Shown here in pieces: positions 1-10,439 of a stretch of 64,000 bases of DNA (position 1 is the first letter of the stretch; every line of letters begins with the position of its first letter). A program made the translations under genes and the position numbers. Origin of the DNA: Planctomycetota bacterium (GTDB lineage: Bacteria > Planctomycetota > GCA-002687715 > CAIWVZ01); the NCBI GenBank assembly GCA_044222185.1, contig JBGANV010000001.1:64001-128000 (forward strand), given 5' to 3'. The notes beneath the pieces are model-generated. The model did not search any database and had not been told where the DNA came from. It saw nothing but the letters and a program-made list of their open reading frames with translations.

Positions 1-738
1 GAGTCCCTCGCTGCGGAAGCCGACGTGGCTCTCAACTGCTACCTGCTCGGCATGCGCGAGATCCTGCGAGGCGAGGACGGGGACCTGGAGGCGTACCGCC
101 GCGCGTACGAGCACTTCACGCGCGGAATCACGCTCGCTCGCGTCCCCTGGCCTGTGATTCACTTCAACCGGGCGGAGGCGGCGGGGCGAGGCGGGATGCT
201 GGATGCGGCTCGCGACTGCGCGGCGTCGCTGCGCACCCTCTGGCCGGACTCGGCCCCGGCGAACTTCTACGCGGGCTTCGGCATCTCCTTCGCCGGCGAT
301 CCCGATGCGGGGCGGCCGTATCTCGCGCGCGCCGTCGAACTCGATCCGAAATGGCCCTTCGCGCGCTGTGCCTACGGCGCGTCGTTGACGTTGATCGACG
401 ACCGCAAAGGCGCGAAGGCACAGTTCCAGGCCGCGTTGGACACGGATCCCGAGGACCAGACGGCGATCTTCAGCCTCGGGCATCTTCTGGCGGACGATGG
501 CGATGCGCGGGGTGCGGTCGCGCTGTACCGGCGGGGGCTGCTGAAGGACCCCGGCTGGGTGGAGAAGCGGCTGGAGCTCGCGCAACTGGAGAAGTCCCTC
601 GGCGAACGAGACGCTGCATTGAAGGACGTCGACCAGGCCTTGGCGGATCTCGCCGCGCGACCGAACCCCGCCGACTCGTTGCGCGGTGAGCTCGAACAGC
701 TTCGAGACGACATCCTCACGCCCGATTCACGCCCCTGA
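1..738 (+). CDS. TPR-repeat protein, C-terminal part (5' end lies outside the window)
   Basis: Frame is open from base 1; repeated TPR-like helical pairs (LARAVELDPKWPFA, QAALDTDPEDQTAIFSLG, RRGLLKDPGWVE). Confidence 0.8.
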   Translation, partial: ESLAAEADVALNCYLLGMREILRGEDGDLEAYRRAYEHFTRGITLARVPWPVIHFNRAEAAGRGGMLDAARDCAASLRTLWPDSAPANFYAGFGISFAGDPDAGRPYLARAVELDPKWPFARCAYGASLTLIDDRKGAKAQFQAALDTDPEDQTAIFSLGHLLADDGDARGAVALYRRGLLKDPGWVEKRLELAQLEKSLGERDAALKDVDQALADLAARPNPADSLRGELEQLRDDILTPDSRP

Positions 739-3252
739 GAGCGTGGGCTCCTTCCACAGGTCTGCATGCAGGCGGCGAAGAACGCGGCTGCGCAGCCCAT
801 GGCCCACGAGCATGAGCATCCGCACGATGACCAGGACGAGTGCGATCTCGAGGACGACGCGAGGCGCATCCGGCGGCACGCCCACCCACGCGCTGCCCAC
901 GAGTGCTGCGACGATGAGCCCGACCGCGGCCATCACGGGTGCCGCCCGCCGTCGCGCTGCGGTGACGACGATCCAGGGCACGAGCGGGACCATGGCAAGC
1001 TCGGACGGAGACCACTGATCGAGGGAACGCCCCGAACGGACGGCGTCGGCGATGAGGAGCACGGCGCCGACCGCCATCGGTACGGCGATCGCGGTCACGA
1101 GGTGCAGCTCGGAGCGCAGGACGTTCAGGATCGTCACCAGCAGTGTCGGGGGATACTCGCCCGTCGTGAGCTGGGACGTGAAGTGAGTCACGACCGGAGT
1201 GGTGCCCCATTCGCCGCCGAGGCACAGCTCCACGTTGTGTCCAGCGATGGCCTCTCCGAGGCCGTCCTCGTCGTCGTCCGGTACGACGGCGGAGAGCAGA
1301 CGATTGAGGCAGCGGCGCTCCAGGATCTGGATCCGCTGGGCTGCATCCGTCGCGCCGGCGACGATGCCGAAGGCTGAACGAGGATAGGCGTCGAATCCCT
1401 TGAACACGGTGACGAGGAGCGTGGCCGCATCCGGGTCCTGGGGTTTGCCGTCGGCGCCCGTGAGGCGCGACTGGAGCTCGACGAGCCTGGACTCGATGGA
1501 GAACACCGCGGCTGCGACCCGGCGCCGGGCAGGCCCCGTGAACGACGTGGGCGTCGAGAGACACGTGGCGCTCACGACGGCGAGCTCGAATGCGAGTTCC
1601 TCCCGCCATCCGCGGATCGCGCCGAGGAGACGGACGACGTTCCAGACCTGTTGCAGCTCCGCGGCGGCATTCGGTTCCACGTCGCCCAGGACGCGCAGCG
1701 AAAGGATCCGGCGCAGTCGCATCAACCGATCCCGGTCCGAGGCGCCGAGTTGGTCGCAAGAATGGTCGAAGCGAAGTCTCGCACGCCCCAGGCGGTCCTT
1801 GGGGGATCCGTTGCGCGCCTGCGCGTCCGGCGGTGAGTCGGTGGCCGCCGCCGTGCCGGCGACGACCGCTTGCCGTGTTTCGCCGAGCGCTCGAGCGTAT
1901 CGGACGACGGCGTTCTCGTGCGCCCGGTGCTCGTCCGGCTCTGGTAGGTCCGTCACGCCCGTCTCGGCCTCCTCCGGCTGGATCTGGAGCTGTGCGGGCA
2001 GATCGGACGCGGCGATCGGACGTGCCACGTCGAGCGTCGTTCCGAAGAGCCGCGACTCCATCGGCGGGCGCTCGGCGGTGAACCCCAGCGCGCGGAATGC
2101 GTCCGCCGTGCTCAATGGAACGTGCTCCTCGCGGCCCTCGGTCGGGAAGATCCGCCGGGTGAGTTGCTCGGCGGCGGCGCCCGCCGGATCGATCCACAGC
2201 GCCGCCGTGGCCCGAAAATCAGGAACGGGTGGCAGATTGCCTGCCGGTGCGTCGCCGTCGGCCGCGCCGTCACCGACGGGTGGGCGCGGCCGATTCGTCA
2301 TCGATCTGCGAAATGCCGCGATGAGCTCGATCAGGTTCGCCGGAGGCGTCGTCGTCGAGAACGCGAGCGCGTTCGTGAGGCTGCGCAGGACCGCAGCTGC
2401 GGGGGCCAGCGCGCGCGTGAGGTGCTGGCGCGCCTCGGGACCCGCGACGGCACGCTGGGCGCGCCGCGCGGCCCGGCGGGCGTCCAATTCCAGACGTCGT
2501 GAGGCGGGCACGGACAACGCGAGCGGGAGGGTCACCAGGTACACGACCGAACTCGTCAGGCCGATCACCAGGTCGAGGGCGCGGCGCTTCAAGCCGTGGC
2601 GTCGTGTCCCGTTCGCGAGTCGGCCGGGCTCGGTCCACCACCGGGCTTTTTCCCGCCAACGGTCCGCGCGGCGTGTCAGCGGGTGGCGTGCCCGGATCGT
2701 GTGCGCGGCGAGTTCGGCCGCGGTTGCTGCGAGGAAGTCGTCGAGGGTGAGCGAGTCCATGAGCCCGTAACCGATGCGCAGGCAAACGCCGTCGTGGCGC
2801 GGTTCGACGTGCGGCGGGCTGCAGCTGAAGACGGTCTCGATGACCGTGATCGGGGCTGCACCCATCGCCTCCGTGAGCGCACCCGTGATCGCGTAGGGGA
2901 GGCGGAAGTCGGCGCGACGCAGACTGGTCTTCGCCGGTCCATCGGAGGTGCGGCTTCGCGGGCGCTTCCGCCATCGCGTCGAGCCTCGCACGACCGCGAT
3001 CGCGATGGCGGCGAAGATGATGATCCGACGTTCGACCGGCATGTCCCACCCGATGATGCCCATCACCACCGCGGTGGCGACGCCACCGACGCAGGCCACG
3101 ACGATCACGCTCGTGAGCCCGATCGCCACCGCGCTCCGGATCTCGATCGCCAGGCGGCGACGCGGGGACGCGGCCGCCCGAAGCTGCGGCGAGAGCGCGT
3201 GGATCCGCTCGATCTGCGCGCGGACGGGGTCCCTGTCGTCGACTGCGGTCAT
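727..3252 (-). CDS. Large membrane protein with a degenerate M48/HtpX-like peptidase region
   Basis: Start inferred at ATG 3252 (MTAVDDRDP; the longer ORF start would overlap aspS). Two N-terminal TM helices, M48-like segment LRIGYGLMDSLTLDDFLAATAAELAAH, SRRLELDA motif, four C-terminal TM helices. Confidence 0.55.
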   Translation of the reverse strand: MTAVDDRDPVRAQIERIHALSPQLRAAASPRRRLAIEIRSAVAIGLTSVIVVACVGGVATAVVMGIIGWDMPVERRIIIFAAIAIAVVRGSTRWRKRPRSRTSDGPAKTSLRRADFRLPYAITGALTEAMGAAPITVIETVFSCSPPHVEPRHDGVCLRIGYGLMDSLTLDDFLAATAAELAAHTIRARHPLTRRADRWREKARWWTEPGRLANGTRRHGLKRRALDLVIGLTSSVVYLVTLPLALSVPASRRLELDARRAARRAQRAVAGPEARQHLTRALAPAAAVLRSLTNALAFSTTTPPANLIELIAAFRRSMTNRPRPPVGDGAADGDAPAGNLPPVPDFRATAALWIDPAGAAAEQLTRRIFPTEGREEHVPLSTADAFRALGFTAERPPMESRLFGTTLDVARPIAASDLPAQLQIQPEEAETGVTDLPEPDEHRAHENAVVRYARALGETRQAVVAGTAAATDSPPDAQARNGSPKDRLGRARLRFDHSCDQLGASDRDRLMRLRRILSLRVLGDVEPNAAAELQQVWNVVRLLGAIRGWREELAFELAVVSATCLSTPTSFTGPARRRVAAAVFSIESRLVELQSRLTGADGKPQDPDAATLLVTVFKGFDAYPRSAFGIVAGATDAAQRIQILERRCLNRLLSAVVPDDDEDGLGEAIAGHNVELCLGGEWGTTPVVTHFTSQLTTGEYPPTLLVTILNVLRSELHLVTAIAVPMAVGAVLLIADAVRSGRSLDQWSPSELAMVPLVPWIVVTAARRRAAPVMAAVGLIVAALVGSAWVGVPPDAPRVVLEIALVLVIVRMLMLVGHGLRSRVLRRLHADLWKEPTLSGA

Positions 3253-3444
3253 GTTCGGGATGCCTGATCGCTCCCTCCGGCGGCCTTCATGGGATCTTCC
3301 GGGTCGCCGGCGAGGCCGACACTGTACGACGTTCACCGAGATCCTGGGGAGAGGAGGCGCGTACCCCGTCCGATCCCCCGTGAATTCCGCCGCTGGCGAG
3401 TTCTGATATCGTCCTCGACTTTTCGAAATTGCGGAGTGGATGAC

Positions 3445-5202
3445 GTGGAACTCAAGCGAACTCACACCTGTGGCGAGCTTCGGGCGCATGACGCCGGTCG
3501 CGTGGTGGTCCTGAACGGATGGGTGGGCACCCGCCGTGACCACGGAGGGATCGTGTTCATCGACCTGCGGGATCGCTACGGCATCACCCAGGTCGTCATC
3601 GACGGCGAAACCCTTCCCATCGTCCACGAGATCCGCCCCGAATTCGTGATCGCGGTCAAGGGCCGAGTGCGACCGCGGCCCGCCGACGCCATCAACAAGT
3701 CCCGCGAGACGGGTGAGGTGGAGGTGGTCGCCGACCGGGTCGAGATCCTCAACCGCTCACAGACGCCCCCGTTCGAGGTCGTCGACCAGACGAAGACCCG
3801 CGAGGAGCTTCGCCTCGAATATCGCTACGTCGATCTTCGCCGGCGGCCGCTCCTGGACAACATCGTCTTCCGGTCGAAGGTGTGTCAGGTCATCCGGCGC
3901 GTGTTCAACGAGTTCAACTTCTGCGAGATCGAAACGCCGCTCCTCATCAAGACGACGCCGGAAGGTGCCCGCGACTTCATCGTGCCCTCACGGCTCCATC
4001 CGGGCGAGGTCTATGCGCTCCCGCAGTCGCCGCAGCTGTTCAAGCAGGTCCTGATGGTCAGCGGCCTCGACCGGTACTTCCAGATCTGCAAGTGCCTCCG
4101 CGACGAGGATCTCCGCGCCGACCGCCAGCCCGAATTCACCCAACTCGACATGGAGATGTCGTTCGTCGAACAGGACGACGTCTTCGAGGTGATCGAGAAG
4201 GTGATGGTCACGCTCTACAAGGAGCTGAACGGCGTGGACATCCCGCGACCGTTCAAGCGCCTGACCTACGACGAGTGCATGAGCCGGTTCGGGAGCGACA
4301 AGCCGGACACGCGGTTCGGTCTGGAGCTCTTCGACATCACCGACCTTGCGCGGCAGAGCGAGTTCAAGGTCTTCTACTCCGTCGCCAACTCGGCGGGTGG
4401 GAAGGTCCGCGGAATCTGCCTGCGTGACGGCGCGTCGCTTTCACGCAAGGAGATCGACGAAGCCGAGGCCGTGGCGAAGACTCACGGCGCCAAGGGACTG
4501 GCGTGGTTGAAACTCACGCCCGATGGTCCGCAGGGTTCCGTCGCGAAGTTCCTGAAGCCCGCCGAGGTCGCCACCATCGCCGAGCGCTGCGGTGCTCGGA
4601 CCGGCGACTTCCTGGGATTCGTCGCGGACCAGGACGAGGCGTGCGCCACGTCGCTGGGGCAGGTGCGCCTGCATCTCGGACGGCTGAAGAACCTCATCGA
4701 CACCTCACGGACCGACTTCCTCTGGGTCGTCGACTTCCCGCTGTTCGGATGGAACCCCGACGAGAAGCGCTGGGAGGCGAAGCATCACATGTTCACGTCC
4801 GCGAAGGGCGCGCTGCCCGAGCCGGGCGAGGACCTGTCGCACGTGAAGGCGAACCTCTACGACCTCGTGTTGAACGGCAACGAGATCGCGTCGGGTTCGA
4901 TCCGCATCCATCGCCCGGAGATCCAGCAGAAGATCTTCGACCTCGTCGGGTTCTCCCGCGAGGAGGCAGAGAAGAAGTTCGGGTGGTTCCTCCGGGCTCT
5001 CGAGTACGGCGCGCCGCCGCACGGCGGAATCGCGTTCGGACTGGACCGCGTGGTCATGATCATGCGGGGCGCCGAGTCGCTTCGTGACGTCATCGCATTC
5101 CCCAAGACGGCGTCCGGTGCGTGCCTGCTCACGGGCTCGCCGTCGCCGGCGGACACGCGCCAATGGGACGAGCTGGGGTTGATGCTCAAACCCAAGGCCT
5201 GA
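3445..5202 (+). CDS. aspS: Aspartate-tRNA ligase, probably the non-discriminating Asp/Asn type
   Basis: RTHTCGELR, RRDHGG (His typical of ND-AspRS), TPEGARDF, ALPQSPQLFKQ, DLRADRQPEFTQLD, PPHGGIAFGLDR. GTG start after GGAG. Confidence 0.97.
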   Translation: MELKRTHTCGELRAHDAGRVVVLNGWVGTRRDHGGIVFIDLRDRYGITQVVIDGETLPIVHEIRPEFVIAVKGRVRPRPADAINKSRETGEVEVVADRVEILNRSQTPPFEVVDQTKTREELRLEYRYVDLRRRPLLDNIVFRSKVCQVIRRVFNEFNFCEIETPLLIKTTPEGARDFIVPSRLHPGEVYALPQSPQLFKQVLMVSGLDRYFQICKCLRDEDLRADRQPEFTQLDMEMSFVEQDDVFEVIEKVMVTLYKELNGVDIPRPFKRLTYDECMSRFGSDKPDTRFGLELFDITDLARQSEFKVFYSVANSAGGKVRGICLRDGASLSRKEIDEAEAVAKTHGAKGLAWLKLTPDGPQGSVAKFLKPAEVATIAERCGARTGDFLGFVADQDEACATSLGQVRLHLGRLKNLIDTSRTDFLWVVDFPLFGWNPDEKRWEAKHHMFTSAKGALPEPGEDLSHVKANLYDLVLNGNEIASGSIRIHRPEIQQKIFDLVGFSREEAEKKFGWFLRALEYGAPPHGGIAFGLDRVVMIMRGAESLRDVIAFPKTASGACLLTGSPSPADTRQWDELGLMLKPKA

Positions 5203-6932
5203 GTCGCCTCGCGAGCGTCGTCGACCGCGTCGGGACGCTCGCCGTCCTGGCGGTCCTGCTCGCGGGGACGTTCGCCCTGCGCCTGAAGGGCGTGGGGCAC
5301 ACCGCACTCGGCATCGACGAGAGCTGTCATGCGATCGTCGCGCGGTCGCTGCTCGACGACCCGTTCCGGCCGATGCTCTACCGCGAGGACAGCGTCTTCG
5401 CCGATCGTTTGAGCTGGATCCACGGAACCGTCTGGCTTCACAAGCCCATCCTCCCGCTCTGGACGATCGCGGCGTCGTACGCGGCCCTCGGCGTCGACAC
5501 GTTCGCCCTGCGGTTTCCGTCGGTGGTCCTCGCGACGGCGTGCGTCCTCATCACGTACTTCATCGGTCGCGAGCTCTTTGGCCGGCGCGCGGGTCTGGTC
5601 GCCGCCGCGATCCAGGCCGTGGATCCGTGTCTCCAGACCTTGGTGGACGGACGCGTGTTCTCGGACCACGTCGACGTCTCACTCCTTTTCTGGACCGAAG
5701 TCTCCATCCTCTTCCTCCTTCGGGCCTGGCGGACGGGCCGGACCCGGGACGCTGCGATCGCGGGTGCGGCGGCGGGAGCCGCCTATCTCTCCAAGTACTT
5801 CCTCGGGTTCCTCTCGCCCGGGCTTGCCCTGGTGTTGTGGTTCGCGACGCGGCGTGGTCTGCGGCGGGACGGCGCCGCGGGATTCTGCGGGCGCCAGCTC
5901 GGCGTGATGGCCGGCGGAGCCGTCGCCGTCGCCGGGCCGTGGGTCTCGAGTTGTCTCGTCCGGTTCCGCGAACTGTTCGTCCACGAACACGTCTACGCAC
6001 TCGCGCACATCGCCGAAGCGAAGGAGAAGTGGGACGCGCCGTGGGATCGGCTCGTGTTCGACTACGCGCCGTTCGTGCTCGGGTTCGCCTACACCGCCGT
6101 GGCGTGCGCCGCGCTCGTAGGCACGGTCCGGATGTGGAAGAACCGCGTTCCCGAACTCGGGTTCACGTTGCTTTGGGGCGTCGCGGTCCTCGTCCCGCAT
6201 CTGGTGGCGACCACGAAGACGCCGACGGCGACGCTGATCGCGGCGCCCGCGGCGTTCGTACTCGTGGGGTGGCTCGTCGTACGCGCGATCGAGGGAGACG
6301 AACTCGCCGTTGCCGCGAATCTCGGGTTCGGACTGGCGTCGTTCCTCGTCCGGCAGCCGCATCCCGTGATCCGCCGCGGTGCGCCCGAGGCTGGGGGCTT
6401 CTGCGCCGTACTGGCCGAGCAGCCGTGGATCTGGAAGCAATGGGCGGTGGCCGCCGTCGCCGGGGTGGGGATCCTGGCGGCCGCGCGCATCAGGCGACGA
6501 CTGCGCCTGGGCGATGGCGCACGTCGGGTTGCGCTCGTGGCGATGGGGCTCGGCGTCCTCGGGAGCCTCGGCTGGATCGGGTGGCGGGATCTCCGCGACT
6601 CACGTCAGGTCGGCCGCTACCGCGAGGACACGCCGGACTTCCGTGCGACGGGGCTGTGGCTCGCGGATCACGTGCCGGACGACGCGGTCGTCCTGTTCGA
6701 CTCGACGGCCGCCGGCGAGCAGCTGAAAGCCACCTTCTGGAGCGGGCGGGAATGCAGGGCGCTGCGCGGCATCCCCATGGCGAAGGCCGTCTCGCGGATC
6801 CGGGCTGCGGGGCGAAAGGCCTATCTCGTGAGCGCTCGACCCCAGGGATTCCCCGAGCTTTTCCGCGCCGAGGGCGATGGCCGGGCTGTCTTCGAGATCC
6901 CCGAGACGGCCACGTTCCCAAGCCGCAAGTAG
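5163..6932 (+). CDS. ArnT/PMT-like (GT-C fold, GT39/83) membrane glycosyltransferase
   Basis: DE motif after TM1 (IDESCH), HKPILPLW, FALRFPS, AYLSKY, many TM helices. Start codon uncertain. Confidence 0.8.
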   Translation: MGRAGVDAQTQGLSRLASVVDRVGTLAVLAVLLAGTFALRLKGVGHTALGIDESCHAIVARSLLDDPFRPMLYREDSVFADRLSWIHGTVWLHKPILPLWTIAASYAALGVDTFALRFPSVVLATACVLITYFIGRELFGRRAGLVAAAIQAVDPCLQTLVDGRVFSDHVDVSLLFWTEVSILFLLRAWRTGRTRDAAIAGAAAGAAYLSKYFLGFLSPGLALVLWFATRRGLRRDGAAGFCGRQLGVMAGGAVAVAGPWVSSCLVRFRELFVHEHVYALAHIAEAKEKWDAPWDRLVFDYAPFVLGFAYTAVACAALVGTVRMWKNRVPELGFTLLWGVAVLVPHLVATTKTPTATLIAAPAAFVLVGWLVVRAIEGDELAVAANLGFGLASFLVRQPHPVIRRGAPEAGGFCAVLAEQPWIWKQWAVAAVAGVGILAAARIRRRLRLGDGARRVALVAMGLGVLGSLGWIGWRDLRDSRQVGRYREDTPDFRATGLWLADHVPDDAVVLFDSTAAGEQLKATFWSGRECRALRGIPMAKAVSRIRAAGRKAYLVSARPQGFPELFRAEGDGRAVFEIPETATFPSRK

Positions 6933-6955
6933 CCGTCTTGCCGGGGGCTGCGCGC

Positions 6956-6984
6956 TTGAACGGGCGTCGCCCTCATCGTATTCA
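6956..6984 (+). promoter_or_regulatory. Putative sigma70 promoter of the thrS operon
   Basis: TTGAAC-N17-TATTCA upstream of thrS. Confidence 0.4.
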
Positions 6985-7124
6985 GGTGGCCTCAACGGTT
7001 GGCTCTGGGGAGCGCTCTGTCCCATGGCTGCCGTTCGGCCGGCACCCGCCGGCTCCGCGGCCGACCCCGGTTGGCCGCCCACGTCCCGACCGCACGATCG
7101 TGCGGAGGAAGGAACGAGAGCGAC

Positions 7125-9068
7125 ATGTCCGACCGCGCCTCGAGCGCTGCCGTCACTGTCACACTGCCGGATGGCAGGTCGATGGAGGTTCCGTACGGCG
7201 CGACCATTCGCGACGTCGCCTTCAAGATCGGCCCGGGCCTCGGCAAGGCTTGCCTCGGTGGGAAGCTGGACGGCAGCAAGGAAGTCCTCGACCTTCGCTA
7301 CCCGGTGACCAGGAACTGCAAGATCGAGATCGTCACGGACAAGACGCCGGACGGGCTCTCGGTCATCCGCCACTCGGCTTCGCACATCATGGCCGATGCC
7401 ATCTGCAAGCTGTGGCCATCGGTCAAGCTCACGATCGGCCCCGCGACCGACGAGGGCTTCTACTACGACATCGACCTCGACACGAAGCTCACGCCTGACG
7501 ACCTCCCGCGCATCGAGGAGGAGATGGCGAAGATCATCGCCGCCGACACTCCGTTCGAGCGGTGCGCCATCGAGCGCCAGGAGGCGTTGAAGACCTTCGC
7601 GGCGGCGGGGGAGAAGTACAAGGTCGAGCTGATCGAAGGGTTCGACCCCAACGACGAGGTGTCGATCTATCGCCACGGCAACGGCGCCTTCCAGGATCTG
7701 TGTCGCGGCCCTCACGTGCCGAGCACGGGCTACATCAAGGCGTACAAGCTGCTCACGCTCGCGGGCGCATACTGGCGCGGCAGCGAGAAGAACAAGATGC
7801 TCCAGCGCATCTACGGCACCGCCTACGCGAACAAGGCGGACCTGGAAGCGACGCTCAAGCATCTCGAAGAGGCGAAGGCGCGCGATCACCGCAAGCTCGG
7901 CAAGGAACTCGGGCTGTTCATGATGAACCCCATCGCTCCTGCGAGCCCGTTCTTCCTCCCGAAGGGTGCGGTCATCTACAACAAGCTCCAGGAGTACATG
8001 CGCGACCTCTACCGTCGCTATGGCTACCAGGAGGTCATCTCGCCCCAGGTCTTCGACGTGGGCCTCTTCCGTCAGTCGGGCCACCTCGCCCACTACAAGG
8101 AGAACATGTACTTCATGCGGCAGGACGAACAGGAGTTCGCCCTGAAGCCCATGAACTGCCCGGGGCACACCTACGTCTTCGCCAACGAGAAGCGCTCGTA
8201 CCGCGAGCTTCCGCTGCGGATCGCCGACTTCGGGCGGCTCCACCGCTACGAGCGGTCGGGCGTCACGGGCGGACTGACTCGCGTGCGGACCTTCTGCCAG
8301 GACGACGCTCACATCTTCGCGTCACCGGATCAGATCAAGGGCGAGATCAAGTCGCTCCTCGAGATGATCATGTCGACGTACGCGCTGTTCGGCTTCGGCG
8401 TTCCCAAGGTGTTCCTCTCGACGCGACCCGAGTCGCGCCTGGGATCGGACGCCCTGTGGGATCAGGCGGAGTCGGGCCTCGCGGGCGCGCTCACCGAGAA
8501 CGACGTGGCCTTCACGGTGAATCCCGGCGACGGCGCGTTCTACGGCCCGAAGATCGACTTCATCGTGAAGGACGCCATCGACCGCGACTGGCAGCTCGGC
8601 ACGATCCAGCTCGACTTCCAGCTTCCCGAACGCTTCGACCTGAAGTTCACGACCGCCACGGATTCCGAGGCGCGGCCCGTGATGATCCACCGGGCGATCC
8701 TCGGGTCACTCGAGCGCTTCATCGGGATCCTGATCGAGCAGTGCTCGGGGAACTTCCCGTTCTGGATCGCGCCCGTTCAGGCCCGGATCCTCACGATCTC
8801 GGAGAAGCAGGTGGATTTCGCGCAGGCCGTCCACCGTCGCCTCACCGAGATGAAGTTCCGCGTCGAGATCGACATCTCGAACGACAAGATCGGGGCCAAG
8901 ATTCGCGAGGCGCGGCTGGTACGGATCCCGTACCTGCTCGTCGCAGGCGATCGCGAGGTCCAGACCCAATCGCTCGCGGTCCGCGAGCGTCCGGAGAAGG
9001 ACCTGGGAACGATGAGCGTCGACCAGGTGGTCGCGTTCTTCACTGAGCTCGAAAGGAGCAAGAAGTGA
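7125..9068 (+). CDS. thrS: Threonine-tRNA ligase
   Basis: TGS domain, RHSASHIMA, DLCRGPH, RDHRKLG, KPMNCPGH, GAFYGPKID, MIHRAILGSLERF. Confidence 0.98.
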   Translation: MSDRASSAAVTVTLPDGRSMEVPYGATIRDVAFKIGPGLGKACLGGKLDGSKEVLDLRYPVTRNCKIEIVTDKTPDGLSVIRHSASHIMADAICKLWPSVKLTIGPATDEGFYYDIDLDTKLTPDDLPRIEEEMAKIIAADTPFERCAIERQEALKTFAAAGEKYKVELIEGFDPNDEVSIYRHGNGAFQDLCRGPHVPSTGYIKAYKLLTLAGAYWRGSEKNKMLQRIYGTAYANKADLEATLKHLEEAKARDHRKLGKELGLFMMNPIAPASPFFLPKGAVIYNKLQEYMRDLYRRYGYQEVISPQVFDVGLFRQSGHLAHYKENMYFMRQDEQEFALKPMNCPGHTYVFANEKRSYRELPLRIADFGRLHRYERSGVTGGLTRVRTFCQDDAHIFASPDQIKGEIKSLLEMIMSTYALFGFGVPKVFLSTRPESRLGSDALWDQAESGLAGALTENDVAFTVNPGDGAFYGPKIDFIVKDAIDRDWQLGTIQLDFQLPERFDLKFTTATDSEARPVMIHRAILGSLERFIGILIEQCSGNFPFWIAPVQARILTISEKQVDFAQAVHRRLTEMKFRVEIDISNDKIGAKIREARLVRIPYLLVAGDREVQTQSLAVRERPEKDLGTMSVDQVVAFFTELERSKK

Positions 9069-9099
9069 TGCTGAAGCTCGCTGTTGAGGTGGAAGTCCG

Positions 9100-9642
9100 T
9101 TGAGTCGCCCCTGGGAAAGCCGCAGCGCGCCGCCGGCGCGCAATCGCGTCAACCTGCAGATCCGCGTCCCCGAGGTGCGCCTTTTGGGACCGGAGAACGA
9201 GCAGCTCGGAGTCATGTCGAGCGATCAGGCTCGCATCATGGCCCGCGAGCGCGGCCTCGACCTGGTCGAGATCTCGCCGACGGCGGTTCCGCCCGTCTGC
9301 AAGATCATGGACTTCGGCAAGTTCAAATACGAGCAGAAGAAGAAAGAGAACGAAGCCCGCAAGCGCCAGCACACCATCACGGTGAAGGAGCTGCGCATGC
9401 GGACACGCACGGACGCCAACGACGTGGACGTCAAGATGAAGAAGGCACGCGAGTTCCTCGAGGAGGGGGACAAGGTGAGCTTCTACGTCATGTTCCGCGG
9501 CCGTGAGGTCGTCCACCCCGAGATCGGCGCCGAGCTCCTGCGACGCGTCGCGGCCGGGTTGCAGGACGTGGGCAAGATCGAGCGCCCGCCGAAGCTCGAC
9601 GGCAAGCGGATGACCATGATCATCACGCCCGCCAAACGCTGA
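9100..9642 (+). CDS. infC: Translation initiation factor IF-3
   Basis: LDLVEISPTAVPPVCKIMDFGKFKYE, FRGRE. TTG start after GAGGTG; thrS-infC synteny. Confidence 0.97.
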   Translation: MSRPWESRSAPPARNRVNLQIRVPEVRLLGPENEQLGVMSSDQARIMARERGLDLVEISPTAVPPVCKIMDFGKFKYEQKKKENEARKRQHTITVKELRMRTRTDANDVDVKMKKAREFLEEGDKVSFYVMFRGREVVHPEIGAELLRRVAAGLQDVGKIERPPKLDGKRMTMIITPAKR

Positions 9643-9713
9643 TCACGGATCGAATGATCGATCGCAATGCGCCGGCGGGCGGTCACCCGCACGCCGGCGA
9701 AGGATGAATGGAC

Positions 9714-9908
9714 ATGCCCAAGCTGAAGACGAAGAAGTCCGCCAAGAAGCGGTTCAAGGTGACGAAGTCAGGCAAGATCCTGCGCACGCGCGCGGGCAAG
9801 AGCCACTTGATGGTGGGCACGCGCAGCAAGACGGTGCGCAAGCTCCGCCGGAAGGGTCAGGTCCACGACGCCGACCTCCCGAGCGTCCGTCAGATGCTTC
9901 GCGTCTGA
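9714..9908 (+). CDS. rpmI: 50S ribosomal protein L35
   Basis: MPKLKTKKSAKKRFKVTKSGK; synteny. Confidence 0.96.
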   Translation: MPKLKTKKSAKKRFKVTKSGKILRTRAGKSHLMVGTRSKTVRKLRRKGQVHDADLPSVRQMLRV

Positions 9909-9991
9909 CGATTGGCAACGAAGGCCCGACCCACGAATCAACACGGAGTGCGCGCCACACACACGGCCGCACCTGACCTGGAGACAGATCC

Positions 9992-10339
9992 ATGAGAGTG
10001 ACCAACGCGGTTGCGCGCAGGAAGCGCCACAAGAAGGTGTTCAAGGCAGCCAAGGGTTATCGCGGCGGCCGGCACCGCCTCTACCGGACGGCGAAGGAAA
10101 CCCTGCGTCGCGCAGGCGCCTTCGCCTTCGTCCACCGCCGGCAGAAGAAGCGCACCTTCCGCTCCCTCTGGATCGTCCGCATCAACGCGGCCTGCCGCGC
10201 CCAGGACATCACCTATTCCCAGTTCATGGCGGGCCTGAAGAAGGCCGGTGTGGTGATCAACCGCAAGCAGCTCTCCGAGCTCGCGATCAACGATCCGGCC
10301 GGGTTTACGACCCTCGTTGCGACGGCACGAGGCAAGTGA
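9992..10339 (+). CDS. rplT: 50S ribosomal protein L20
   Basis: AKGYRGGR, FRSLWIVRINAA, INRKQLSELA. Confidence 0.97.
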   Translation: MRVTNAVARRKRHKKVFKAAKGYRGGRHRLYRTAKETLRRAGAFAFVHRRQKKRTFRSLWIVRINAACRAQDITYSQFMAGLKKAGVVINRKQLSELAINDPAGFTTLVATARGK

Positions 10340-10439
10340 ACCCTGATCGGAGGCGCTGCGCCTCCGACTGTCGGCTCCCCGCGCACGGCCAGGAAGAGGG
10401 CCGTGCGCGCGCGGGACATCGCGCGCGAGAGTTGTTCCC

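Noticed and set aside
766-1377. His/Asp-rich ORF resembling a metal-binding protein
   Set aside because: Antisense reading of the hydrophobic TM codons of the 727-3252 gene.
6985-7056. tRNA upstream of thrS
   Set aside because: No T-loop (TTCGA) or cloverleaf found.
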